Positions 63,520-64,000 of a stretch of 64,000 nucleotides of DNA are shown here, piece after piece. Source of the DNA: Octopus vulgaris. Its lineage: Eukaryota. A program made the translations under genes and the position numbers. The notes beneath the pieces are model-generated. The model was not told where the DNA came from. It did no database searches and saw only the letters and a program-made list of their open reading frames with translations. Position 1 is the first letter of the stretch. Each line of letters begins with the position of its first letter. The stretch is from positions 41,044,001-41,108,000 of the forward strand of contig OX597815.1 in assembly GCA_951406725.2 (NCBI GenBank), read 5' to 3'.

Positions 63520-64000
63520 TATCATTCACAACTTTTTGAGTTATTTTTGCACATAGACAAACAGATGGACAAACCAACGCCGATGAAATCATAACCTCCT
63601 TCCTTGTTGGCAGAGGTAAAAAAAACAACAGCAAAACAACAACAGTAGCAACGACAAAACATGAGCAACAAAAATAGCAACACAGTAATCAGAAACAACA
63701 ACAGCAACAACAGCAACAGCTGCACTAGCAGCAGTAGCAACAACACAGGTATAAGCTGCCTGAACTGTTGCACAATGTAGCAGCTGAAATTCCTCCAACA
63801 AATTTTTCTTCAATCTTTCACTCTTTGACATTCTGAAACTACATGAAACTACTTCTGGTTCTGCTACACAAAATCTCTCGTTTTGCAGCGTTTCTTATAT
63901 TCTCTGTAAGAACCTTTTGTTTACTTACATTGGTGCTTAATAGGAAAAAAAAAAGTTCCATTCTTTTACAATATACCTTCAAATTCATGGCTATTTAAAA

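Noticed and set aside
63525-63620. Possible Helentron-associated element end (ataacctccttccttgttggcagaggtaa hairpin)
   Set aside because: Only a short acctc/gaggt stem in a single copy; too little to support a call.

Overview
Eukaryotic, AT-rich, microsatellite- and transposon-dense genomic DNA. The repeat families look like those of a coleoid cephalopod such as Octopus (inferred, not verified). The window holds part of one + strand multi-exon gene for a Dbl-homology (RhoGEF) protein. Eight short GT-AG exons (28202-62364) splice in frame, a candidate start exon lies at 5052/5199-5258, and the gene runs past the window end. Introns are filled with RTE, CR1, Tx1/L1, Dong/R4 and Penelope retroelement remnants, mariner and Tigger DNA transposons, MITEs, three tRNA-derived SINE families and long microsatellites. 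Most ORFs in the supplied track are microsatellite artefacts. The main points of interest are: (i) at least six type-I hammerhead-ribozyme-like motifs of several architectures in short non-coding repeats; (ii) a young RTE LINE with a C4HC3 PHD-type finger inserted inside its reverse transcriptase and a modular tandem-repeat 3' UTR; (iii) several long intronic inverted repeats, one of which looks like a microhomology-templated insertion; (iv) serial Dong insertions into (TAA)n tracts. All coordinates and alignments were read by eye, and repeat boundaries are approximate.
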